Below, one piece after another: positions 8,761 through 16,875 of a stretch of DNA of 25,282 nt. The notes below the pieces were generated by a model. The model had not been told where the DNA came from and ran no database searches. It saw only the letters and a program-made list of their open reading frames with translations. How positions within the stretch are numbered: the first letter of the stretch is position 1; each line of letters opens with the position of its first letter. Source of the DNA: Bacteroidota bacterium (lineage in GTDB: Bacteria > Bacteroidota > Ignavibacteria > UBA10030); assembly GCA_036396395.1 (NCBI GenBank), contig DASWKY010000083.1, forward strand, positions 1 through 25,282, given 5' to 3'. The position numbers and the translations under genes were made by a program.

Positions 8761-10137
8761 ATGAAAACTCAATACAGTGTTCTGGTAGTCGATGACGAAG
8801 CGATCAGCCGCCTGAATATCAAGGATGCCCTGGCGACCGAGGACATTGATGTGAACGAGGCGGCAGACGGGCTTGCCGCTCTCGCCCAACTGAAACGGAA
8901 AACGTACGACGCCGCCCTGCTGGATATCCGGATGCCGAAAATGGACGGATTGACGGCGTTAACACAATTCAAAAAGATAGCTCCCGATATGCCTGTTATC
9001 GTCTTTACCGCTTACGGGACGAGTGAAAAGGCGATTGAAGCCATGAAGATCGGGGCATTCGACTACCTGACGAAACCGTTCGACCTTGAAGAATTATTGG
9101 CGGTCATCCGCCGTGCGCTCGAACACCGCCAGCTCTCGACGCGTGTCGAGGCGCTCCAGCAGTTCATCGTAGACCGTGAATCCGGCGAATTCCAGCCCGA
9201 CCAACTGGTCAGTAAAAGCCCCTCTATGCAAAAGATTTTCAAGATGATCGGGCAGGTTGCGTCTTCGGACGCAACTGTCCTCATTGAGGGCGAAACGGGA
9301 ACGGGCAAGGAGTTGGTGGCAAACGCGCTCTGGTATCATTCTGAGCGGCGCAACGCGCCGTTCATCAAAATCAATTGTGCGGCGATACCCGAAAGCCTGC
9401 TCGAAAGTGAATTGTTCGGCCACGAGCGCGGGGCGTTCACCGGTGCAGAGTCGCGGCGGCTGGGGCGTTTCGAACTCGCGCACAAAGGGACGTTGTTCCT
9501 GGACGAAGTGTCGGAAATGAGCACGCAACTGCAATCCAAATTGTTGCGCGTACTCGAACAGAGCGAGTTCCAGCGCGTGGGTGGCAGTGAAACGATTCAC
9601 GTGGATGTGCGCATCCTCGCGGCGACGAACCGTACCCTGCAGGATGAAGTGCGTTCAGGGCGTTTCCGCAAAGATCTCTACTTCCGGTTACAGGTTGTGC
9701 ATCTACTACTCCCTCCTTTGCGAGAACGCACGGAAGACATTCCCGTGCTGGTAAAACATTTTCTCAAAAAATATGGCGGGAAACGCAATCTCGCCTCCGA
9801 TACGAAACTCATCAAACAACTGCTCGAATATCCCTGGCCCGGGAACGTGCGCGAACTGGAAAACGTCATCCAGCGCGCCACGGTCCTGGTGCAGGGAAAA
9901 GTGATTTCGCTTGACCATTTATCTCTCCCTTCAACAGGCACTGAAGAGACCGGTAGCGCCATTTCAAACGACCGAACCTCTCTCAATCTCCGCAAAACTC
10001 TTCAAACCGTAGAACGCGACCTCGTTCTCAAAGCTCTGCAAAAAGCAAAATGGAACCGCTCGAAGGCGGCGAAGTTGTTAGGTATCAACCGTCGTCTTTT
10101 GTACGGGAAAATAAAAGAGTACGACCTGCATCAGTAA
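8761..10137 (+). CDS. Sigma-54-dependent response regulator (NtrC-family enhancer-binding protein, 458 aa)
   Basis: Receiver domain (VVDDE, LLDIRMP), Walker A GETGTGKE, GAFTGA, Walker B LFLDEV, and a Fis-type HTH (WNRSKAAKLLGINRRLLY). Confidence 0.96.
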   Translation: MKTQYSVLVVDDEAISRLNIKDALATEDIDVNEAADGLAALAQLKRKTYDAALLDIRMPKMDGLTALTQFKKIAPDMPVIVFTAYGTSEKAIEAMKIGAFDYLTKPFDLEELLAVIRRALEHRQLSTRVEALQQFIVDRESGEFQPDQLVSKSPSMQKIFKMIGQVASSDATVLIEGETGTGKELVANALWYHSERRNAPFIKINCAAIPESLLESELFGHERGAFTGAESRRLGRFELAHKGTLFLDEVSEMSTQLQSKLLRVLEQSEFQRVGGSETIHVDVRILAATNRTLQDEVRSGRFRKDLYFRLQVVHLLLPPLRERTEDIPVLVKHFLKKYGGKRNLASDTKLIKQLLEYPWPGNVRELENVIQRATVLVQGKVISLDHLSLPSTGTEETGSAISNDRTSLNLRKTLQTVERDLVLKALQKAKWNRSKAAKLLGINRRLLYGKIKEYDLHQ

Positions 10138-10140
10138 CAA

Positions 10141-10176
10141 GGGCTAATCCCTCCCATGTGGGCGAAATCAGCCCAC
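10141..10176. promoter_or_regulatory. Candidate tandem upstream activator sites for cassette A
   Basis: Two GGG-N9-CCCA units starting at 10141 and 10160. The second is the palindrome GTGGGC-GAAATCA-GCCCAC (10158-10176), about 50 bp upstream of a sigma-54 core. Confidence 0.45.
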
Positions 10177-10226
10177 CCGTTTTTCTCACACCCTGATAAT
10201 TCCTTCGTAAAATCGCCCTTTATCGT

Positions 10227-10242
10227 GGGCACGCCAGTTGCA
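10227..10242 (+). promoter_or_regulatory. Sigma-54 (-24/-12) promoter of cassette A
   Basis: GGGCACG-CCAG-TTGCA matches the consensus TGGCACG-N4-TTGCW with exact spacing, 43 nt before ATG 10286. Confidence 0.8.
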
Positions 10243-10285
10243 CACTTGAAAATACCAGACACAGTTATCTTAAGGATTTTCAAGT

Positions 10286-10786
10286 ATGAATACCGGCCAA
10301 ACGATGTTGACCGTCGGCGCGATGGTTTTACTCGGATACACAGTTCTGATGACAAATCGTTCTTCGTTGACGCACGGAGTAATCCTCCAGCAGACGGAAA
10401 TCGGCGTGTACATGATTTCGCTCGCAATTTCACGAATTGAAGAAGCTTCCGGCAGAGCGTTCGATGCGGCATCGGCGGGCGATATTGTGACATCAACAGC
10501 CGCGTTGACGGCGGGTGGCTCCTTTGGTCCCGCAACGGGAGAAACATATCCGGATTTTAACGACTTCGACGACTATGACAATTTTGCCAAAATTGACACC
10601 ATACCGGGAGTAGATATACTGCGGGTGCATTCCCTTGTCAGGTATATAGAGCCCGCCAACCCGGACAGCGTGTTGAACTCTAGCACAAAGACATTCCATA
10701 AAAGAATGGACGTGACGGTAACCGGCACATCCACCAGCGATACACTACGGATGTCCTATATTTTCAGTTATTGGGCATTTCGTTAA
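10286..10786 (+). CDS. Cassette A gene 1: PilV/MshD-like pilin-fold protein without canonical leader (166 aa)
   Basis: N-terminal hydrophobic helix (GQTMLTVGAMVLLGYTVLM), IEEASGRAFD and FNDFDDY motifs as in MshD-like proteins. RBS TAAGGA. Confidence 0.65.
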   Translation: MNTGQTMLTVGAMVLLGYTVLMTNRSSLTHGVILQQTEIGVYMISLAISRIEEASGRAFDAASAGDIVTSTAALTAGGSFGPATGETYPDFNDFDDYDNFAKIDTIPGVDILRVHSLVRYIEPANPDSVLNSSTKTFHKRMDVTVTGTSTSDTLRMSYIFSYWAFR

Positions 10787-10798
10787 TCAGGGGATATT

Positions 10799-11425
10799 AT
10801 GGGCTCTAGTACGATACTCGACATTATTACTTCTGTTATCATTGCAGGATTTCTCCTGCTCACCGCGTTGCGGCTGAACGACCAGGCGAACGAGACGTCC
10901 ATTCTGTATCATTCCAACCTGTTATTACAGCAAAATATGACCGCGCTGACGGGCATTTTGGAACATGATTTCCGCCGCATCGGGTTTTGCGCAGACTATA
11001 AAAAAATTAAGGATCCCGCTGACGCAATCCGTTACGCCGATACCAGTAAAATCCGTTTTTGGCTGGATCTCGACAACGATGGGGTCATGGATTCCATCGA
11101 ATACTCTATAGGCCCGCCGAGCGAGATGACCTCTACAGTAAATCCCCGCGACCGTGTCCTGTACCGTAAAGTAAATAACACGACAGCCCAGCGGTTGGAG
11201 ATGGGTGTGACTCAATTTCGTTTCAAATTTTTTAACGCGCTTGGCGATACACTGCTCTTCCCCATCGCTGAGCCGCGTGAAATCCATTCGATGGAAATAT
11301 CCCTCCAAATAGAAAGTTTTGCACCGTTCGATGTGCGCTACACCGCATCGAATGACACGCTGGCGGACTTCCAGATGTACTGGCGCCAGATCCGCCTCGC
11401 GGCGCGCAATCTTCGCAACCGATAA
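10799..11425 (+). CDS. Cassette A gene 2: PilW/MshO-like pilin-fold protein without canonical leader (208 aa)
   Basis: ILDIITSVIIAGFLLL helix, LEHDFRRIGF (PilW-type D.R.aG[YF]), DLDNDG loop, C-terminal RN motif. Confidence 0.65.
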   Translation: MGSSTILDIITSVIIAGFLLLTALRLNDQANETSILYHSNLLLQQNMTALTGILEHDFRRIGFCADYKKIKDPADAIRYADTSKIRFWLDLDNDGVMDSIEYSIGPPSEMTSTVNPRDRVLYRKVNNTTAQRLEMGVTQFRFKFFNALGDTLLFPIAEPREIHSMEISLQIESFAPFDVRYTASNDTLADFQMYWRQIRLAARNLRNR

Positions 11426-11439
11426 GAAAGGCCTCTCCT

Positions 11440-12642
11440 ATGGGACGCGCATCCATGATTATGGTGATGAGTTATAGCACGGTGCTGATGATGATGGGGT
11501 TTAACATCTCCAAAGTCTCCAACTCAGCATATGAAAACTACATTGATTATTACGAGCGTACCGTTGCTCATAATATCGTCAACAGCGGAGCGAATTTAGC
11601 CGCTCAGCAAATCTACGTACAGCCGAACTGGCGCACCGGGTACTCGAACAAACCGATGTTCGGCGGCACAATCAATGCGGCGGTCACGACCCAATCGGAC
11701 AGCACATTAAAATTATTCGTTACCGCTGAGTACAAAACCTACCGGGATACTGTCATTGTGGTATTACAGCCGAGTAGTTTTTCTAAATTTTCGTACTATA
11801 GCAATATTGAAGGCAATATCTGGTGGACGTCCAAAGATACCGTGTGGGGACCGATGCATACGCAGGACTACCTCGGCGTGGCAAACTCGCCTGTGTTTTA
11901 CGGAAAGGTTACGTCAAAGAAGGGGTTAGAAATACATAGCGGCGGCGCCAACCCGAAATTCTACGGCGATTTCCAATCCGGCGTATCGCTTGAGCTTCCG
12001 TCCGACTTGAATCCCCTGAAAAGTGCCTCTGCCTCCGGCGGGAGATACATCTATGATAATGATGTCTCCATCGAATTCATGGATGACAGCGCGAAAGTGA
12101 AAATCGGTACCTCGGCTGATACGATGGTGTATCTCCCGACGTGGGCGCCTAACGGCGCCATCCTTGTGGAAAAGGGCAACCTGAGGCTGAAGGGAACAGT
12201 AAATAAATCCTTAACGGTCGGAGCGTTGGAAGGCGGAAGTTCCTCAAAAGGAAAAGTGTATTTTGATGACGATCTAAAGTATAAATACGACCCGCTTCTG
12301 TACCCAGATTCCACGGTGGTTGTGGGTGTTGTTGCTGAAGATTCTCTTGTCATTACTCAGAATAGCGCAAACCAAGAAGACATCATTATACAAGCCGCTC
12401 TCTTTTCCCTCACCAAGGGGCTTGGCTCAGAAAATTACAACATAGGAGACCCGCGCGGAAAAATCGAATTGCTTGGCGGTATTACTCAGTACCAGCGCGC
12501 CGCAGTCGGTACGTTTAGCGGTGAGAGTATCACTCATGGTTACTCTAAACGCTACCGGTACGATGAACGCCTGATGGTGATACGGCCTCCGTTTTTCCCA
12601 ACAACTGGAAGCTACGAAGTGCTCTCGTGGTACGAAAGATAG
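11440..12642 (+). CDS. Cassette A gene 3: PilX/MshP-like protein with a large C-terminal domain (400 aa)
   Basis: MGRASMIMVM helix with no acidic +5 residue, PilX-like AHNIVNSG..LA, beta-rich C-terminal domain, terminal LSWYE. Confidence 0.62.
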   Translation: MGRASMIMVMSYSTVLMMMGFNISKVSNSAYENYIDYYERTVAHNIVNSGANLAAQQIYVQPNWRTGYSNKPMFGGTINAAVTTQSDSTLKLFVTAEYKTYRDTVIVVLQPSSFSKFSYYSNIEGNIWWTSKDTVWGPMHTQDYLGVANSPVFYGKVTSKKGLEIHSGGANPKFYGDFQSGVSLELPSDLNPLKSASASGGRYIYDNDVSIEFMDDSAKVKIGTSADTMVYLPTWAPNGAILVEKGNLRLKGTVNKSLTVGALEGGSSSKGKVYFDDDLKYKYDPLLYPDSTVVVGVVAEDSLVITQNSANQEDIIIQAALFSLTKGLGSENYNIGDPRGKIELLGGITQYQRAAVGTFSGESITHGYSKRYRYDERLMVIRPPFFPTTGSYEVLSWYER

Positions 12643-12673
12643 TGTAGCAATTCTATATCAACACCATTTATTG

Positions 12674-12710
12674 TGCCTCAAATTGATACATTTATTATCG
12701 ATTTGAGGCA
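12674..12710. promoter_or_regulatory. Pair of 17-bp inverted sites, candidate enhancer for cassette B (could also form an RNA hairpin ending cassette A)
   Basis: TGCCTCAAATTGATACA (12674-12690) and, on the minus strand, TGCCTCAAATCGATAAT (12694-12710). Centres are 20 bp apart. Confidence 0.5.
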
Positions 12711-12812
12711 TAGCTGTGTAAGATGCGTTTACGCGCTTGTTATATATCACCTGTTTACTTAGTGTTTTGATATATTATTTAATTTCTTTGTAGCTTTGTA
12801 TGTATTGCTCTA

Positions 12813-12827
12813 AGGCATGGTTTTTGT
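12813..12827 (+). promoter_or_regulatory. Sigma-54-like promoter of cassette B
   Basis: AGGCATG-GTTT-TTGT has correct GG-N10-G spacing but T instead of C at -12. It lies about 100 bp downstream of the paired sites across an AT-rich spacer. Confidence 0.45.
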
Positions 12828-12916
12828 GCCTATTCTAGTAATGGGTGTCTCAGGACGAAGCAATTCCCCATTTCAGCTATTTTCGCCTGAATGAATTATT
12901 GTAATTATTCCATACT

Positions 12917-13534
12917 ATGTCCGGAACAAACTCATTTCTTGTGCTTGGGGCATTGGTGCTCCTGTCGTTGCTTTCGCTTTCTGCAAACCGGGCGATGATT
13001 TCAAGTTACGCCAATTTGCTGGAAACGCAGGCAATGATTGCGACTATTGCCGAAGCGGAGAATCTCATTCAAGAAATCAGTTCGAAATCGTTTGACCAAG
13101 TTATCGCTGTCGAACAGTCGAGCGCGGGGAAATCTTCTGGCGGTGGTTCTTCATCCGGCGGTGGACTGTCTCAGGGTAAGGGACAGTCACAAGGCGGAGG
13201 GCCGTCAGAGGGCGAAGGACCTCCGTTTATTCCGCCGGGGTGGTTAAAACGAAAAAAGCCGGCAGACTTCACGCCACCCGGCTTGCTTGGCAAAGAGCAG
13301 GGTGAAAAATATCCTTTCTTTAACGACGTGGACGATTATCACGGCTTGCAAAAAAAACACGACCATCCGGTTTTTGGGTCAATCGAATTGAGCGTGACCG
13401 TACAGTATGTGGACCCGAACAATACAGCGACGATTTCCTCGGACAAACAATCCCTGGTAAAAAAAGTAGAAGTGAAGGCGTTTAATAAAGGGCTTGAGGA
13501 CACATTGAAATTATACCACGTAATCTACCAGTAA
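12917..13534 (+). CDS. Cassette B gene 1: PilV/MshD-like protein with a Gly/Ser-rich insertion (205 aa)
   Basis: FLVLGALVLLSLLSLSANR helix, IQEISSKSFD, FNDVDDYHG. Paralogous to 10286-10786. Confidence 0.65.
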   Translation: MSGTNSFLVLGALVLLSLLSLSANRAMISSYANLLETQAMIATIAEAENLIQEISSKSFDQVIAVEQSSAGKSSGGGSSSGGGLSQGKGQSQGGGPSEGEGPPFIPPGWLKRKKPADFTPPGLLGKEQGEKYPFFNDVDDYHGLQKKHDHPVFGSIELSVTVQYVDPNNTATISSDKQSLVKKVEVKAFNKGLEDTLKLYHVIYQ

Positions 13535-13540
13535 TCTATT

Positions 13541-14122
13541 ATGGGATCGACAACCGACCTTATAGGATCCTTTGTTATCGGCGGGCTTGTTATCGTTATT
13601 ATTCTGTCATTGAATTACAACCTCAGCAATACGACATTTCAGCGTTCGCAGGACTTGATTTCACAACAAGCATCGGTCGAACTCTTGAACATATTGGAAA
13701 ACGACCTGTATAAAGCGGGGTACCGTACGACCGCCACCCCTGTTCTGCTCGCAGAATCTTTGTCGGTTGCTTTCCTTGCCGACCTTGACGATAACGGCAC
13801 GATAGACTCCGTGCGATACACCGTAGGCGATACGACATTTTTTCTGACAACAACGAACCCGCACGACAGGCCTCTCTATCGGAGGCTGAACGCCGGAAGT
13901 CAACAAAACGTCGCTTCCGGCTTGACAGAATTTTATTTCGCGTACCGGGACACCGCCGGAAGTGTGATACCGTACGATTCTCTCAAATACGTGCGCCATA
14001 GGTCGGTCGTCCGCCTTATCACATTTGCGTTCGTGATCGAACCGAGCGACCCGCTGGATTCGACATTTATTCCGGTAACAGCAGAAAAAGTGATTCATCC
14101 AAAAAATATCGGGGGTTGGTAA
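13541..14122 (+). CDS. Cassette B gene 2: PilW/MshO-like protein (193 aa)
   Basis: DLIGSFVIGGLVIVII helix, LENDLYKAGY, DLDDNG, NPHDRPLYR, PKN. Paralogous to 10799-11425. Confidence 0.65.
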   Translation: MGSTTDLIGSFVIGGLVIVIILSLNYNLSNTTFQRSQDLISQQASVELLNILENDLYKAGYRTTATPVLLAESLSVAFLADLDDNGTIDSVRYTVGDTTFFLTTTNPHDRPLYRRLNAGSQQNVASGLTEFYFAYRDTAGSVIPYDSLKYVRHRSVVRLITFAFVIEPSDPLDSTFIPVTAEKVIHPKNIGGW

Positions 14123-15256
14123 GTGGGACGCGCTTCGCTCATTATGATCCTCGGTGCATCAATTACCGTCGGCGTGATGAACTTACAGCTCAACCGCGCG
14201 TCCGAACAGGCGACGGAAAATCTCGTCCGCTATTTTGACGGGACACTTTCCCGAAACCTTGCCAACGACGCGGCGTCGTATGTATTGGGGTTGTATGCCG
14301 ACAGTGCGACTCTGCGCGTACAAAACTCAGCGAAACTTTCTTCGTCGATTTTCAGCGATGTCGGAGACCATAGCCTTACGTATTCACTGTATGATACGAC
14401 GATCAACATCGAGAAGAACGACCACGAGGTCGTGAAGCTTGTGATGCGTGCTGAATATGGAAAGAGCGTTCACGAGGTGATGGTGTATGCCGGCACAACT
14501 TTTGGGTTCGTTCCGGAGCCTCTTCGCGGCGCGGTTACCGCCAACGGGGTGCTGGATAATACGATTGGCGACCTGCACATCGACGGCAGGAACCATACGG
14601 AAGAAGGCGAGCTTGAGAACTTTGGCGGGGTGTACGGCATATCCTCCGGAAGCGCCTTTACTAACAAGGGAAAAGCAGTTATCGGCGGAACCGATGAAGA
14701 TGGGAACGACTACCCTGCGAGCAATCCGGCGAATACCCTTTCAGTGGAACAGAGCCACAATTGGAGCAATACATTTCCTGCTGACCCCGACGGAGTTTTT
14801 AATTTCCCCGGAGGCACGTTGAAAGAAGTCGCCAAGAGCGGCGTCGCGGGAAGCCAATACGTGGCGAACCCGAAAGACCTCCAATTCCCGCTCAAGGGTG
14901 TAACATACGTGGACCTTCCCGAAGGCGTATCGTGGAAGGCGGCATGGCTGGGGAAGGACCCTGCCGGCATTCTCGTCGTCCATAATTCATCCGGCACGGC
15001 GCGTGTGGAGAATATCGCTTCGGAGACTCCCTTTAAGGGGTTGATTATCGCAGATAAAATGTTCCATATTCATGCTGACGTGCTGGGCGCCGTTATGCTC
15101 TTATCGAATAGTTTAGAAAAGAAAAAAATCTGCACCGGCAACCACGAGAACAAGATATTATTCAGCCGCGAGGCAATTCAACACGCCACCTACCTGACAT
15201 CGGAAAAGGGAACGGGGTGGCGGGGCAGGGTACCGATCTTCGGGTGGATGGAATAA
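14123..15256 (+). CDS. Cassette B gene 3: PilX/MshP-like protein (377 aa, GTG start)
   Basis: GRASLIMILG helix, SRNLANDA, IDGRNH, terminal FGWME. Starts immediately after the previous TAA. Confidence 0.62.
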   Translation: MGRASLIMILGASITVGVMNLQLNRASEQATENLVRYFDGTLSRNLANDAASYVLGLYADSATLRVQNSAKLSSSIFSDVGDHSLTYSLYDTTINIEKNDHEVVKLVMRAEYGKSVHEVMVYAGTTFGFVPEPLRGAVTANGVLDNTIGDLHIDGRNHTEEGELENFGGVYGISSGSAFTNKGKAVIGGTDEDGNDYPASNPANTLSVEQSHNWSNTFPADPDGVFNFPGGTLKEVAKSGVAGSQYVANPKDLQFPLKGVTYVDLPEGVSWKAAWLGKDPAGILVVHNSSGTARVENIASETPFKGLIIADKMFHIHADVLGAVMLLSNSLEKKKICTGNHENKILFSREAIQHATYLTSEKGTGWRGRVPIFGWME

Positions 15257-15257
15257 G

Positions 15258-15668
15258 ATGAAACTCTTACTTTCCATATTAATTGCAACACTCCTTCAAC
15301 AAGGGAACCCCCAGTCGAATTCCCAGGCAGGCTCGGACAGTACACCGTTGAAAACCGTCGAGCTTTTCAAGAAAGGCATTGATGAAAATGATATGCTGGT
15401 GATTTGTAAAGTCATGTCCGACGAAGAAGGCACGGGTCCACTGAAGCAGGCGAGCTACGAACAGATGCAGAGTTCCCTCGAAGGGTTAAGCACGATGTGG
15501 CGTGCGAAACCGTTTACCTACGGCGAAACGACATACACCGGGGGCAACACGGCGACATCCGCGACGGTAAAGGTGGAAGTGAAGAGCCTGAAGCAGGAAG
15601 TAAACTTTGTTCTGGAGAAGTACGGCAATTCGTGGTATATCTTCGATATTGAAATTTTCTTCAGGTAA
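15258..15668 (+). CDS. Small exported protein, possibly NTF2-like/DUF4878-like fold (136 aa)
   Basis: Short signal-peptide-like start MKLLLSILIATLL, C-terminal ATVKVEV...FVLEKYGNSWYI pattern, 1 nt after the cassette B gene 3 stop. Confidence 0.6.
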   Translation: MKLLLSILIATLLQQGNPQSNSQAGSDSTPLKTVELFKKGIDENDMLVICKVMSDEEGTGPLKQASYEQMQSSLEGLSTMWRAKPFTYGETTYTGGNTATSATVKVEVKSLKQEVNFVLEKYGNSWYIFDIEIFFR

Positions 15669-15682
15669 CACATGAAGTCCTT

Positions 15683-15745
15683 GTGCATCCCGGTCATCGG
15701 TAACGGGATTCCTCGCCCCAATAACACGGCGAGACCCGGGATGAC
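15683..15745. repeat. REP-like element of the GTCAT...ATGAC type (degenerate)
   Basis: GTGCATCCCGG...CGGGATTCC-TCGCC...GGCGAG-ACCCGGGATGAC, with nested hairpins. Confidence 0.55.
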
Positions 15746-15752
15746 TCTCCCC

Positions 15753-15793
15753 AAAAACACAACGGGCATGTACTCATGTACATGCCTGTTGTG
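15753..15793 (-). terminator. Intrinsic terminator for cassette C
   Basis: 16-bp stem CACAACGGGCATGTAC / GTACATGCCTGTTGTG with a TCAT loop, followed on the minus strand by TTTTT (plus-strand AAAAA 15753-15757). Confidence 0.75.
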
Positions 15794-15813
15794 TGTACGC
15801 TAAATGCTATCCG

Positions 15814-16863
15814 TCATTCATACCAATAGACGATTTGGTAGTACCTCAGCTTGCCGATGTTTTTCGCGTTGGTGAGCGCGGCACTGCTGTAGAGCACCTT
15901 TCCGTTCGCGCCGGTACCTTTCAGCGTGAGGCTCGCGGCGCCATCGCCGGGTTGAGCCACAATAAGACCGCCGACAATTTTTGGCGTTCCCGCGCCGCCA
16001 AAGTTTACCGTATTCGACTCTCCAAACACAACGACGAGGCCGTACCATTCGAAGTTTCCGCCAATTTCGATATTGCCGCGTACTGCAAGGATGCCATATC
16101 CGACGGTGCCGCCGGTGAATTTCACCTTGTAGTTCGTATCGGCGGGCGAATCGCACACGACGATAACAGGGTTCGTAGATGAGCCGTATGTTTGTCCGCT
16201 GTAAGTCCCCGTAGTGAGATAATAATCGGCGTTGCTTAAATACTCTTGAATGTAGTCCGCTGGATTAGCAAGAGAATCGTCCACGATGACTTCTGTCGAG
16301 CCTTGAATATTATCTCCGGGGGTGTCGTCTTCCGCATCCATAATGGTGGCTGAATCTGTGGAGTTTAACACCCCGACACCGGGAAGATCGCCTGAGCCGA
16401 CAAGGGCTGTCCCGTCAGCATTCCAGTTATGACCGTCGACAGTCGGCTGGCCACTCATAGTGAATGTTACTGGCGATGCCCGAATGCCGATAGCGGAGCT
16501 GACGCCAGGGAAGGGTTTGGTATAGCGGAAAAGCTTGAGGTACATTGTATAGCTCGTATCGGTATATCTGCCTTGGGCTGTCAGCCAGACCGTATCGCGA
16601 GGGCTTTCGCTGTATTGCGCACTGGTGATTTGGTATTCGCCGTTGGCAAAGTCTATTGTTTCCGTTGTGTCTGGGTCCACGTTACGGTCGTACCCGCGCA
16701 AGGTCGCGTGGACCGCCGTGCGTGCGAGGTTGCGGGCGTACATGTATTTGTAGTACGTATAATTGTTCTCGAGCGCGCGCTCTGTCGTGCCCGAGATATT
16801 GGAAGCGATTGTCGCCATCGCCATCCCCAACCCCATAACCATAAATAATGCGGCTCGTCCCAT
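15814..16863 (-). CDS. Cassette C gene 3: PilX/MshP-like protein (349 aa)
   Basis: MGRAALFMVMGLG helix, ARNLARTAV, VDGHNW, beta-repeat GYGILAVRGNIEIGGNFEWYGLVVVFG, terminal VYWYE. RBS GAGGA. Confidence 0.62.
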   Translation of the reverse strand: MGRAALFMVMGLGMAMATIASNISGTTERALENNYTYYKYMYARNLARTAVHATLRGYDRNVDPDTTETIDFANGEYQITSAQYSESPRDTVWLTAQGRYTDTSYTMYLKLFRYTKPFPGVSSAIGIRASPVTFTMSGQPTVDGHNWNADGTALVGSGDLPGVGVLNSTDSATIMDAEDDTPGDNIQGSTEVIVDDSLANPADYIQEYLSNADYYLTTGTYSGQTYGSSTNPVIVVCDSPADTNYKVKFTGGTVGYGILAVRGNIEIGGNFEWYGLVVVFGESNTVNFGGAGTPKIVGGLIVAQPGDGAASLTLKGTGANGKVLYSSAALTNAKNIGKLRYYQIVYWYE

Positions 16864-16875
16864 AGTGCGTCCTCG

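Noticed and set aside
10156-10440. 94-aa ORF spanning the cassette A promoter
   Set aside because: It overlaps the enhancer, the sigma-54 core and gene A1 out of frame, and has no RBS or motif.
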